This document shows, in pieces, positions 49,350-60,520 of a stretch of DNA of 64,000 nucleotides. The stretch's first letter is position 1, and every line of letters begins with the position of its first letter. This DNA comes from Rhynchopus sp. YZ270_cl-10 (taxonomy: Eukaryota). Under the pieces are notes generated by a model that was not told the origin of the DNA, made no database searches, and was given only the letters and a program-made list of their open reading frames with translations. Both the position numbers and the translations under genes were made by a program. The stretch spans positions 248,001-312,000 of the forward strand of contig OZ037842.1 of assembly GCA_964035575.1 (NCBI GenBank), in the 5' to 3' direction.

Positions 49350-51752
49350 TTAAGCCTCAGAGACAACAGCCCTGGCAGCAGATCTGATGCCACCTGCTTT
49401 GGTAAGGATATCACCGCAAGCAGTCTTCTGGTGGACCGCAGCTTCTTCGAGGGGGGTCACACCCCATCTGTCTTTGCTATTTATTTCGGCGCCGTTTGCG
49501 AGCAATACTTCGACAGATTCTGGGCAGTCTGACGAGGCTGCGAGATGCAGTGCTGTGCGTCCGTCGTAGTCGGCAGCGTTCGGATTCGCTCCACAGCGGA
49601 GATAGCGGGAGAGCGCCTTGCACTCACCTGCTTGCGCGAGTCTGCAAAGAGTGCTTGCAGCTTCGTGGTCCTGCATCATCAGCTTGCCTCCGGCGGTGAG
49701 GAGAACATCAATGCATTCAGTATGATCATTCTTCACAGCATCAAGAAGAGGTGTAGACCCAAACCTGTCCACAACGTTGACCTCAGCACCCTTCTTGAGC
49801 AGAAGGGCTGTCACATCTTTGTGACCCGATGCAGCAAGGTGGAGTGCCGTGCGGCCGTCGTAGTCGGCAGTGTTTGGGTCGGCGCCACAGCGGAGGTATG
49901 TCTCGAGCGTTGCAAGGTCCTGCTCTTGGGCGAGTCTGCACAGAGTGCTTGCAGCTTCGTGTTTCTTCATCATCAGCTTGCCTCCTGCAGTGAGGAGCAC
50001 ATCGACGCAGTCTGCGTGGGCATGCTTGATGGCATCGAGGAGGGGTGTAGAGGCGAATCTGTCCACAGCGTTCACATCAGCGCCTTTCTGGAGGATGAGG
50101 GAGGTGATGTCCTTGTGGCCTGTCGAGGCTGCGATGTGGAGTGCCGTGCGGCCGTCGTAGTCGGCAGCGTTTGGGTTGGCGCCACAGCGGAGGTATGTCT
50201 CGAGTGTTGCAAGGTCCTGTTCTTGGGCGAGTCTGCATAGCAAGCTTGCGAGGTCGGCGTCATCAATGAGAAGTGCGCCGCCTGCCTCGAGGAGTGTGTC
50301 GGTGCAGTCGCCGTGGTTGTGTTTGATGCTGTCCACGAGAGGGGTGGCGCCCCATCGGTCTACAGCATTGACGTTCGCGCCTTTGGCCAGCATCAGTGAG
50401 ACAACGTCTTCGTGCCCGGTGGAGGCAGCAAGGTGCAGGCCTGTGCGTCCGTCGTAGTCGGCGGACTCCACGTCGGCGCCGTCCTGCAGCATGCTCTGGA
50501 TCTCGCCCGTGGCGCCCATGCTCGCAGCGCTGCAAAAGAGTGTAGGGAGGAGCGCGTCTTTGATCATCTTCAGGTTCTTCCCGTTGCTCGAGTCTGTGCT
50601 GTTTTCCTTCATCACCGCGTACACATTGTGGATGAAGCCGGAGTCGTTGAGGGAGAACAGCGTGTCTGCCTTAGGTGTCAGGTCGCCACGAATGTTTTGC
50701 GACATAAGTGCGCGCACCTCGTCAACGGATTTGCCCTGCCCAAGGAGCCACCCCATCTTTACAAGGGCGGTCTCGGGTGTCATGTCTCTGCCCGCAATGA
50801 CGCCAGCCTCAGCAAGCGCAACGCCAGTGGCGTAGTGCCCCTCAACAGTGCCGTGCCAGCACTGTGTTGTGTTGATGATGATGACGCCTGCGTCTGAAGC
50901 AGACCGCAGTGCGGCAAGGAATTTGTCGTTGCCGTCGGGTGCGTTGCCCGCACCGTATGTGCGCAGGACAGCGCCACGAAGAGGGGCCGCAAGCTGGCGC
51001 TTCAGCGACTCTGTGGACATGCCGGGGAAGAGCTGCACCACCGCCACCTCCTTGTCGAAGGCGGTGTTGGCGGCAAACGCGTCTGTAGCTTTGGGTGTGT
51101 TGACAAGGTGCCAGTTGACGTCCACAGAGATACCGACGCTTGCGAGGGGAGGGAAGTTGGGCGACTCGAAGGCAGCAAGCTTGCTGGCGTCTGCCTTGGT
51201 GGTGCGGTTGCCTCTGTAGAGCTTGTTGCTGAAGTACAGCGACACCTCGGGGATGACGTAGTGGCCTGCCACGAAGAGCGCGCCCTCCAGGTTGCCGGCA
51301 CCGTCGTTGCGGGGCTGCGAGAGGGGGATCTGGCTGCCGGTGATCACAACCGTCTTGCTGAGGCCGGGAAGCATGAAGCTGAGGGCCGAGGCCGTGTACG
51401 CCATGGTGTCAGTACCGTGCAGCACGACAAACGCGTCGTACTGCTTGTAGTGCTTCTCAATGTCCTTCGCGACACGGCCCCAGTCTTCGTCTGAGAGGTT
51501 GCAGCTGTCCAGAAGCGGGTCATACTCAAGAATGTCATAGCCCACATGGCGGTCGTGCGAGCTGCACGGCATCACATGAGTTGTTGTGCCTGTCCCCACA
51601 GCGCTTGCATCATGGAACTGCGGCATCCCAGCCAGCTTCGACGCAAGGTATCCCTTGGCAGGCACAAACCCTCTGTCGCTCATCTTCATCCCAATCGTGC
51701 CGCCAGTGTAGATGATAAGCACCCGGCTCACATCGTTTGTGGAATCCAACAT
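49350..51752 (-). CDS. ASPG: Type-I L-asparaginase / 60-kDa lysophospholipase with expanded ankyrin tail
   Basis: IIYTGGTIGM, VVLHGTDTMAYTASALSFM, ITGSQIPL, YGAGNAP, DMTPETALVK; repeated ADYDGRTALH ankyrins. Confidence 0.93.
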   Translation of the reverse strand: MLDSTNDVSRVLIIYTGGTIGMKMSDRGFVPAKGYLASKLAGMPQFHDASAVGTGTTTHVMPCSSHDRHVGYDILEYDPLLDSCNLSDEDWGRVAKDIEKHYKQYDAFVVLHGTDTMAYTASALSFMLPGLSKTVVITGSQIPLSQPRNDGAGNLEGALFVAGHYVIPEVSLYFSNKLYRGNRTTKADASKLAAFESPNFPPLASVGISVDVNWHLVNTPKATDAFAANTAFDKEVAVVQLFPGMSTESLKRQLAAPLRGAVLRTYGAGNAPDGNDKFLAALRSASDAGVIIINTTQCWHGTVEGHYATGVALAEAGVIAGRDMTPETALVKMGWLLGQGKSVDEVRALMSQNIRGDLTPKADTLFSLNDSGFIHNVYAVMKENSTDSSNGKNLKMIKDALLPTLFCSAASMGATGEIQSMLQDGADVESADYDGRTGLHLAASTGHEDVVSLMLAKGANVNAVDRWGATPLVDSIKHNHGDCTDTLLEAGGALLIDDADLASLLCRLAQEQDLATLETYLRCGANPNAADYDGRTALHIAASTGHKDITSLILQKGADVNAVDRFASTPLLDAIKHAHADCVDVLLTAGGKLMMKKHEAASTLCRLAQEQDLATLETYLRCGADPNTADYDGRTALHLAASGHKDVTALLLKKGAEVNVVDRFGSTPLLDAVKNDHTECIDVLLTAGGKLMMQDHEAASTLCRLAQAGECKALSRYLRCGANPNAADYDGRTALHLAASSDCPESVEVLLANGAEINSKDRWGVTPLEEAAVHQKTACGDILTKAGGIRSAARAVVSEA

Positions 51753-52770
51753 TGTTTTCTTAATATGTGTATCTGCAGCAGAGGTGACAGGGTTGGGTGT
51801 GTTGAAATAGTTTTGAGTAAGCAAGGGAGTGGGTTCGGTTCTTTTCGTTTGTAAGACAGAGAACAGGCTGGAACAAAGACTTCACAGCAATTCCATGGTG
51901 TCAGTGTGCGGGGAGGGGAGGGGGGGAAACGGGGACCCTCACGGGTTTCGAAGGCGGATGCGTAAGTGGGTGACACACTGTGCGCTTCTTCGCCATTCAT
52001 TGACCCACCGTATTGCAGTTTTGTGAATCCTAAGACAAAAACAAAAAACTGTAGTTGATGCAGGCACCTCCGACTGACCCAAAAAAGAACGGGTGAAAGT
52101 CTTGTGCTGACACCAGTACACAGATGCAGACACAGCGAGAGGAAGAAAGAAAAGGTGGCAAGATGAACCTCAGCCTCCGTACTTGGCCACCCCTTAAAAA
52201 AAAAAGGGGGATTGTCCCGATAACGCCCACCCTTGCGAAATACTTTTGGGAATCCGACAGAATGTTATTGTTATTTCTAAACACCCCAGCTCCTGAATGT
52301 TCACACAGCAGGAACAGGGTTGTTGCACAGCAGTACAAAAAAAAAAAAAAGGGTGCAAAGTGCAAACGCCTCCGGACACTGACGCATTGCACTGGAAGAA
52401 AACAAATATTCGAAAAAAAAAAAACTATAGATTGTTGCTACGGATCACAATACCGTGAGATTATTGGAGACAGGCGTGTCTTCTCATCTTGCAACTATTG
52501 CGATATTCAAGAAAAAGACATTATTTCCTCTCTTCGAATACTTTTCAATGAAAAAAAAAACGGACTATTTTTTTTCAGGGGATTTCGAAGATTAAGAAAA
52601 CCAGAAAAATTGGATGAGTAAGGTACTGTTGTATACACCTTTCACTGCCCTCAAAAAAAATGGACAGCGCAGACTTCTTGCGTTACTACACTAATCCAAA
52701 CAGAGTATCAAAAAAAAAAAAAAGTTGTTAAGACGACTGCACCTCTCATGTGCACACATCTTAAAAAATA

Positions 52771-53817
52771 CTATAAGGAAGCCTGCGATTGCACATCCAT
52801 TTCCGTTCCTCCTGGCATGTCTGCTTCTGCTTCTGGGTATGGGGTGGAGGCACGTTGGTACCACAAGAAGAAGCCGCCAAAGGCAGCACCAACGAGAACC
52901 ACTGCAGTGCATATCCCAATGACGACACCTACCTTTTGTGTGGACATTGCTGTCGTTGATGGCGATACGGTGTCTGAAGGTGTCTCTGTTGGGGAATCTG
53001 TTTCAGGAATGCATTCAAACATCATGTCAAACCCACCACGGAGAAACCCCTTTTGAACCCTTTTTCCTTCGGGTTTTATGTCAATATACACGACTAGGAG
53101 GGGAGCAGGGAACACCGCATCCCCTGGAATGGTGTCACCACGTCCACTCCATACCCGGTGAGACTGTACCCCGTCTACTCCTGGTTGTAGTCCGCGGAGT
53201 TCGACGGTGACATCAGCGGATAAATTGAATGCTAGCCAATGAAGACGGACGTCACCTTCGCAATCAATTCGCCAGCATGAATAGGTTGTGTCGATGGTTT
53301 GGATTGTTTGCTTTGGGTATGATACAGCTCCTCCTTCTGCGTCGATGCGAAGGCCGAGGCAGAGGGGGAACGGAAAGCCAGAGGGAGACGGAGTCCCTGG
53401 CACTGCAGTAGCGTTGACGCAGGTCACTCCCAGGACAGCAAGGAAGGCGTCGCTACCCAGTGAACGTGACACATTCGCTGTGATAACAGCAGGGGTAGTA
53501 AAGGACAGACCTCTCGTATCCACCGAGTCGTTCTGCCCAGCAGTACCAAAGACATGAACAAACCTCTCCTCCATGCTGTACACATCCACCGCCGTTCCGT
53601 ACGCGCTGTTGCCTACCTCTAACGACCCCAACACCACGCGTTCGCCATGGCCGCAGTTCACCCTCCAGCATGTAAACCCTGGGCTCAAAGGAAATTGTGT
53701 AATACCAGTGCTACTTCCGAGGCATTCTGGTGGAAATGGAAGGGGTGTAGGTGGTGCTGCGACGGTCATGTGGCATGTGAACAACAGCAAGGCTGCGGCA
53801 ACCCCGCAGTGGGGCAT
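52771..53817 (-). CDS. Type-I membrane protein with two degenerate CUB-like domains
   Basis: Signal peptide; CWRVNC and CWRIDC..VRLHWLAFNL...GFDMMFEC; TM VGVVIGICTAVVLVGAAFGGFFLW. Confidence 0.75.
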   Translation of the reverse strand: MPHCGVAAALLLFTCHMTVAAPPTPLPFPPECLGSSTGITQFPLSPGFTCWRVNCGHGERVVLGSLEVGNSAYGTAVDVYSMEERFVHVFGTAGQNDSVDTRGLSFTTPAVITANVSRSLGSDAFLAVLGVTCVNATAVPGTPSPSGFPFPLCLGLRIDAEGGAVSYPKQTIQTIDTTYSCWRIDCEGDVRLHWLAFNLSADVTVELRGLQPGVDGVQSHRVWSGRGDTIPGDAVFPAPLLVVYIDIKPEGKRVQKGFLRGGFDMMFECIPETDSPTETPSDTVSPSTTAMSTQKVGVVIGICTAVVLVGAAFGGFFLWYQRASTPYPEAEADMPGGTEMDVQSQASL

Positions 53818-56504
53818 GGGTAGTGTGGTGGCGCAATTTTTTGTTTTGTTTGATCTGTGGGTGGGGGGGTTTGTGTGGGTGCATGGAAGAAAAATGGTGT
53901 GCTTTATAATGTAGGGTTGTTAGCGGGTTTTTCGAACCAAGAGCCAAAAGAAAGAAAGGTTGGAAAGTTGCTGCCTAGCCTGACAAGAAAGAGACGTTGA
54001 AAAATGCCAAAAACGTCTCACCATACTTCGCGGACGCAGACACCGTTCAAGAAAAGAGGGTTGGCAGCATGCATGACCATGGGTATTGAATTGACATCGC
54101 GTTTTCCTGGCATGCATGATTGACATCGTTTAAAAAAAGTTGACTTGAAACACAACAGCACTCTCCGTGACAGTGTCTAAAAAAAAATACCGAGCGCTAC
54201 TTTCTGAGAAATTTTTGGGATCGTTTGGGCACAACAACAAATAATAACGCAGGAAGGCTCACTAGATACGCGGCAAAAAACACATTATCACCAGGTAGCC
54301 ATTCTATTCATGCAAAACGCTACGAATAAAAGCAAAAGGAAACATGCCTCTCGCTCAACACATTCTTTTTCACAATCATGCGGTAACACACTGGGTAAAG
54401 GCGCCAAAGAGAAGGTATCCGCAACTGAGTAGATAGAAAATTGGGGGGAAAGCCAGGGAGGGAAAAGAAAAAGGAAAAAGTTGATCAGATGCTAGTATCC
54501 TGAGTCTCGCTTTGCTTAGTCTCTTTAAACTCATTAACCCTCATATCCTGTCTAGCGCCGGTAACGCTGACAATTAGAGTAGTGGGCTTCGCGTAGCCAA
54601 AGAGGTGTTGAGCCTGTTCGGCGCATTGAATTATGCACTCTTTTAAAAGAACAGAGTTAATAGAGGGATTGTGAATATTTGGGTAGTGAACCTGAGCCTC
54701 ACGTGCTCTGTATGTATAAAGAATCTTTCACCAAACATGGTCAACGCAGCGAAGGACCCACAGCCAGAACACTCGGAACGGAAGTTCCGAACCGGGGGAG
54801 AGAGAGAGCTCGCTGCATTGCAGTTGCTGTCCATAGGGAGCAACTATAAAATAATTCTGTCCACCAGGCGTGCAGCATTCTGCAGGCAGACAGCATGTGC
54901 AGCAGGGACATGCTGTGGAAAAAAACCGAACACGCATTCGCAAAATAGCAAGATAGAACCAAGTCTCGCAAAGACTCAGCCACCTTGGGGATGTCAGAAG
55001 CTTAAACTTAAGGGAAGAAAAATATAATCAAACACGAATAAACCTGAGTGAGGCATCTCCCGTTGCAAACCGTTGCTTCTGCACTGGTGTGCCGAAGGCG
55101 CAATTCTGCCGAAGAACGGGTACGGATAGGAGGAACGGAAAAAAAAAACAAAACTCGCCGTTGAAGAACACCAAAGAAAAAAGTTACACACGACAACAAA
55201 ATACAAAAATAGATGTCGTAAGATGAACGCCTCATAGCTGTATAGACAAAAAAAAATGATCGAGATTAACTTTTTTTTTAAGATGGAGTCCACCAGCGTC
55301 GTCTCCTCAAAAAAAAAACCCCCCCAAAAAAATTACAAGATGATGTGCTCCTGCACATTTAAAAGAAAGCGGGTTATCGAACCCCAGAAAGCACTTCATT
55401 GGTATGCACACGGTTACCACGAGGGAGGTTGTAAGCAGGAATTTAACCCCAACCAGAATGGGAGGAATAAGCTTGCCTGACAGAATTCAAAGAAACATAA
55501 CGCGAAAAGTGGGGCAGGAGGGGGGTGTAACATGAACAGTTTATAAGATGTTAAGCCACCTTTTGTATTCAGAGAAAAACGTAGGTGGCATTTCTTCTTT
55601 CTCATCAGATTAAGGGAAACACAGGGGACAACGGCCCCGGGCAGATAGCGTTGTGCCTGCCACTGTGTGGTAGGTTCGGGTTTAAAAAAAAACAAGTAAT
55701 TGCTATCGGAAAAAAAACGGGGTGTGATGTGGAACTCCATCCTGTAGAAATAATCTACAACACGCCCAGCATTCTGCTCTTCTGCAGGTATGCTAACGCT
55801 CTTCGTACGCTGCCAGACCCACTGGGACGCCAGCATCTGAAACGTTCAAGAAGGGGGGCTGTCCTCTTCGTCCAGCACCATCTGCTCGATAGCGTTGTTG
55901 GACGCCCGCTCGGCAGGCTCGGCGTGGTCCAGCTCGTTTTTGCCCACAGGCTCCCCACATTGTCGTCGTCGTTGGAGCAGTGCGGAAGGAACACAGAATG
56001 CACAGACTACAACACATCGATCACACCAGGCGCATCAGCACCTCCAGCAAATCGCCAGGATGCTACGGTGGTTTCGAAAATCGCGCGGAGTTTTCCACAG
56101 CACACCCCGCTTTTTTCTTAGCAATTACTTGTCCTTGTTGTTATTGTTGTTTTCAACCACCTTCCTTCAACCCTTGTAGGATCAGTTGTTATTTTTTTCG
56201 CGAAAACATGAAATTACACATTTCAAGAGAACAAATTAAAAAGGGTCCTTATTTGCATTTTTGGGCTCCGCCCGTGCAGTGGTGGGGTCAATCTCGAAAA
56301 TTGGACAATTTTTTGACCACTTAAATTTTGAGAAATATGAGCCCGGTTCCTTATACGTGGGGCCCATTTTCGGCTAAAATTTTCCTCAAAATCTGGTTTT
56401 GTAAAATTGACCCTTTACTCCCCCCCCACATCGATTTCAATACTATACCTTACTTCACCTACGGTTGCCCTTACAGGGGGGTGAAGGAAGGTAAGTTGAA
56501 AAGA

Positions 56505-56547
56505 AAAGTTTATAAGATGACCCTAAGCCTCTCGTGCTTAGTCACCT
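56505..56547 (-). mobile_element. Hairpin micro-element family A (43 nt); other copies about 10617-10652, 14725-14767, 17795-17834, 29694-29733, 37770-37814, 48312-48354, 52151-52192, and split 59127-59136/62046-62080
   Basis: Minus-strand consensus AGGTGACTAAGC-ACGAGAG-GCTTAGGGTCATCT-TATAAACTTT; imperfect TSDs at the 48312 copy and the split copy. Confidence 0.8.
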
Positions 56548-57068
56548 AAAAAAAGAGAAGTTGAAAGTGCAAACGCCTCACCGCATCGGCGGACGCAGGG
56601 ACTATCTACCTTACTTCACAATTGGGTGAACCTACAAGGGGTGAAGGAAGGTTGTGGGAAAGAGAGAGAGGGATAGAGAGAGAAGCTCATTCAAAGGCAT
56701 GTCAACTGGAGGGCTTTCTAGCCTATTCTTTCGAGTTCACCAATATGCTTCGTGTGTCCTAAGACCAGCAAACCTAAACACACGAATTGTCCCGTACTAT
56801 TCGACCCCCGACCCGAGAAAATAAATGTGGAGTTTAATTTTGAAGAAAAAAGATATTCAAAAATACTTTCTGGTTGATGAAAGAAAGCGCAATATTTGCA
56901 AAAATAAATGATGAAAATAGGGAAACAAAACGCGACAAACCAACGAAAGTGGTGTCTCATCGCAATCGTCTTGAGATATTTGTTCAACAACCAGAGCCCC
57001 AGGAAAGATGCTCTACCAGCTCAGTTGGGTGGCAACTGCTGGGTGAAAGGGGTGCTCAGGTTATTAAG

Positions 57069-58559
57069 CTACCTGGCTAGTTCTGGTATGCGGAACGTTG
57101 TGGATGTCTCTGTCGCAATGCTGGTGCGATCGTTGTCGATGTCGTTGTCGTGGTCGGCCATCTCCACTTCCTGCATGCCAGCGTACTTCGGTGTACCCCT
57201 CCGCATGCACAACCACACCACAGCCGCACCAATGACAACGCCGCCAAGAGCACCCACAAGACCGCTCACCGCAACGGACAGCGCACTGTAGCCTTCGTTG
57301 CTGCCTGCTGTTCCCGTTAAGGGGGTTGGCGACACCGTTGTGTTTGGTGATGTTGTGTTTCGCGCAAGACTCGCTGGGGCTGTTGTATTAGGTGCAAGGG
57401 TGCGTGGTGCTGTTGTGTTTGGTGCAAGGGTGCGTGGTGCCGTCGTGTTTGGTGCGAGGGTTGCTGGCGACGTTGTGTTAGGCGCAAGAGTCGCTGGCGA
57501 TGTCGTGTTTGGTGCAAGGGTCGCTGGCATGTCTGTAGGCAGGGAAGGTTCGGATGTGGGTTCGATAGGTGCAATAGTGTCGGGTGCATGGGTCCGCAGC
57601 CACATATCATGGCACTCCTCCATCCTGACAAAGCCGTAGTGGTTCTGCGAATAGTACGAAATTATCCTGTCCAGCAGAGAGTCCCCTTCTGGGTCGGAGT
57701 CGTTAGGGAACGCCCAATCGTGCATAAGCACGATCGACGCTGTGCCGTACTGCTGCGACGTCGCTTCGTGGAGAAACCTCGAAAAGATTTCGTCCGTTGT
57801 ACCACCCCTCCAATCATTTGTGTCAACATTCCAGTTTACCATCGCTGTGTACCCTTTGGAAAGAACCTGGCGAACGTTTTCCAACGACACTTCCCCTTTT
57901 GGGGGGCGCACGAAGGCCAGCTGGTTCTCCTTTTTGATTGACATCGTATCGGCATCGACACATGCCTTAGAACTGGGGGTGTCATCTTGCTCGACTCCGT
58001 CACGCAAATCCCTGCACAGACAGGTCTTGTACCATCGCTGCAAAGTGTCTAACTCAAATTCAACACTCTCTGGCGTCATACTCGCAAAGACCGCATGTGT
58101 CCAAGAATGGTGCTGAATGGAGTGCCCCTCATCAATCGCACGCTTCACCAAATCACATTTTTCCGCATGCTTCCCGTGAACCAACTCTGTCATATTCGGG
58201 TGCATGCGTTCGGCTTCGGACAACATGATACCAACTGTAATGAAAAACGTTGCTTTGACGTCTCGACGTTTCAGCACTTCGAGCACTTTCTCAATTTGTC
58301 CTGGCCGTGGACCGTCATCGAACGTAAGCGCTGTGACCTTGTTCTCACCACATGATGCCATGAAGCCCTGTGGCGGCGGTCCACCTAGAACCTCTCCGTA
58401 TCGAAGTGGCTGTGCGCGCTGGGATGGCATCAGGTTCTGCACTGCGGTGCTTAGCGCGTCGTTTCGTTCTACCCCCTCCAGCATGCGGTGCAGATACAAC
58501 GCATAGGATGAGTCGTCCACAGCAGACACTGCTGCTGACAACAGAAGCACCTTCCACAT
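57069..58559 (-). CDS. Membrane-anchored CE4/NodB polysaccharide deacetylase (paralog 2)
   Basis: LTFDDGP, HHSWTH, RPPKG, WNVDTNDW, IVLMHD; PATLAPNTT repeats; C-terminal TM. Confidence 0.9.
   Translation of the reverse strand: MWKVLLLSAAVSAVDDSSYALYLHRMLEGVERNDALSTAVQNLMPSQRAQPLRYGEVLGGPPPQGFMASCGENKVTALTFDDGPRPGQIEKVLEVLKRRDVKATFFITVGIMLSEAERMHPNMTELVHGKHAEKCDLVKRAIDEGHSIQHHSWTHAVFASMTPESVEFELDTLQRWYKTCLCRDLRDGVEQDDTPSSKACVDADTMSIKKENQLAFVRPPKGEVSLENVRQVLSKGYTAMVNWNVDTNDWRGGTTDEIFSRFLHEATSQQYGTASIVLMHDWAFPNDSDPEGDSLLDRIISYYSQNHYGFVRMEECHDMWLRTHAPDTIAPIEPTSEPSLPTDMPATLAPNTTSPATLAPNTTSPATLAPNTTAPRTLAPNTTAPRTLAPNTTAPASLARNTTSPNTTVSPTPLTGTAGSNEGYSALSVAVSGLVGALGGVVIGAAVVWLCMRRGTPKYAGMQEVEMADHDNDIDNDRTSIATETSTTFRIPELAR
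57335..57530 (-). repeat. 30-bp coding minisatellite (about 6-7 x PATLAPNTT[S/A]), mucin-like stalk with N-glycosylation sequons
   Basis: Visible in both DNA and translation. Confidence 0.9.
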
Positions 58560-59431
58560 AGTGAAAGGGTGTTGTGGGGTGTCTGGGAAAAGGGGTGGGG
58601 GGTTGTGGGGGGGAAGGGGGGGGAGAAAGGATATGATTTTTCCATGACTCAGACCCAGAGGGACTGTCAGTGCAAGGGTAAGGATTGCACGTTCCAGTGT
58701 ATGTTCAACGTAGATGATCCTGATAGGCAGAGGCTACACCCCTTCTACCGACACGCTTGTGAGTGTAAGGCCGCGCAAGCCGCCGTAGGGACGGATGACT
58801 TTTTGTTCATACAAACTCTGCGCAACAAGGCCTTAGCGTCTTCGAAGAGAGGGAAGGCAAAAGAGAAGGATGCAGCGGAGAAACGGGATGAGGAGGAAGA
58901 CCTCCTGAAGCAGCAGCAAAGTCAAACACTCTCGTTTTTTGGCTTTACGCCACCCAGAAGGAAGGATTCACCGAACAAAGATTCAAAGAAAGGAACAAAG
59001 AGGGAAGCCACACGGGTGAGAGAGGGTGGTGATTCAGTACGGCAAGTGCTGGTGTATGATGGAAAAGGAAAAAGGAAAAAAGAAATGAAAGGGAAAGGAA
59101 AAGGAAAAGGAAAAGGAAAAGGAAGAAAAGCCTACACAGTCCCGCCTATAATTAATAGCGTTTTATTTTATAAAATCCTAATTAGTGACGTTCTAATTTA
59201 TAAAGGGAAGCCTCTTTTTTACTTTCAACGGATGTCATCCGTCCGATTTTGAGAAACCCCCCCCCTCCCCCCCCCGGAGAAGATTGTAAATTTGGCAACC
59301 TGAAGTTTTCGGCTTTTGGACAGACGTAAAAAAATTCGAAAACCAGCGGAAGTGGATTTCCGAGCTCCCCGCTTTTCACCACAAAAAAAATCGACCACTT
59401 TAGTGGAGTAGAAGTTAATTTAAAGTGGCTC

Positions 59432-60397
59432 CAGTACACAGTACACAGTACACAGTACACAGTACACAGTACACAGTACACAGTACACAGTACACAGTAC
59501 ACAGTACACAGTACACAGTACACAGTACACAGTACACAGTACACAGTACACAGTACACAGTACACAGTACACAGTACACAGTACACAGTACACAGTACAC
59601 AGTACACAGTACACAGTACACAGTACACAGTACACAGTACACAGTACACAGTACACAGTACACAGTACACAGTACACAGTACACAGTACACAGTACACAG
59701 TACACAGTACACAGTACACAGTACACAGTACACAGTACACAGTACACAGTACACAGTACACAGTACACAGTACACAGTACACAGTACACAGTACACAGTA
59801 CACAGTACACAGTACACAGTACACAGTACACAGTACACAGTACACAGTACACAGTACACAGTACACAGTACACAGTACACAGTACACAGTACACAGTACA
59901 CAGTACACAGTACACAGGACACAGTACACAGTACACAGTACACAGTACACAGTACACAGTACACAGTACACAGTACACAGTACACAGTACACAGTACACA
60001 GTACACAGTACACAGTACACAGTACACAGTACACAGTACACAGTACACAGTACACAGTACACAGTACACAGTACACAGTACACAGTACACAGTACACAGT
60101 ACACAGTACACAGTACACAGTACACAGTACACAGTACACAGTACACAGTACACAGTACACAGTACACAGTACACAGTACACAGTACACAGTACACAGTAC
60201 ACAGTACACAGTACACAGTACACAGTACACAGTACACAGTACACAGTACACAGTACACAGTACACAGTACACAGTACACAGTACACAGTACACAGTACAC
60301 AGTACACAGTACACAGTACACAGTACACAGTACACAGTACACAGTACACAGTACACAGTACACAGTACACAGTACACAGTACACAGTACACAGTACA
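59432..60397. repeat. (CAGTACA)138 satellite array
   Basis: 966 bp of 7-mer units; only one variant unit seen (CAGGACA near 59918). Confidence 0.98.
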
Positions 60398-60520
60398 GTG
60401 AAGTCAATTTAAAGGCTCCATGGGTCTTTATACAGTAACGTATAGGGGTCGGCTCCACCAAAAGTTGCGTACCGTGGAGTGTGTTCCTGAATAAAAAAAA
60501 TGGTCGGAATTGAAAGATTA

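Noticed and set aside
55414..56121. ORFs 55585-56121 (+) and 55414-55836 (-)
   Set aside because: No ATG/motif support and coding-like stretches are broken by stops; at most an unidentifiable relic
59432..60397. Satellite as telomere or CRISPR array
   Set aside because: Internal to a TIR element, not TTAGGG-like, no spacers and no cas genes
59182..60461. Four long ORFs (VYCVLCT / VHSTQYT repeats)
   Set aside because: Artefact of a stop-free 7-mer satellite that is open in all frames
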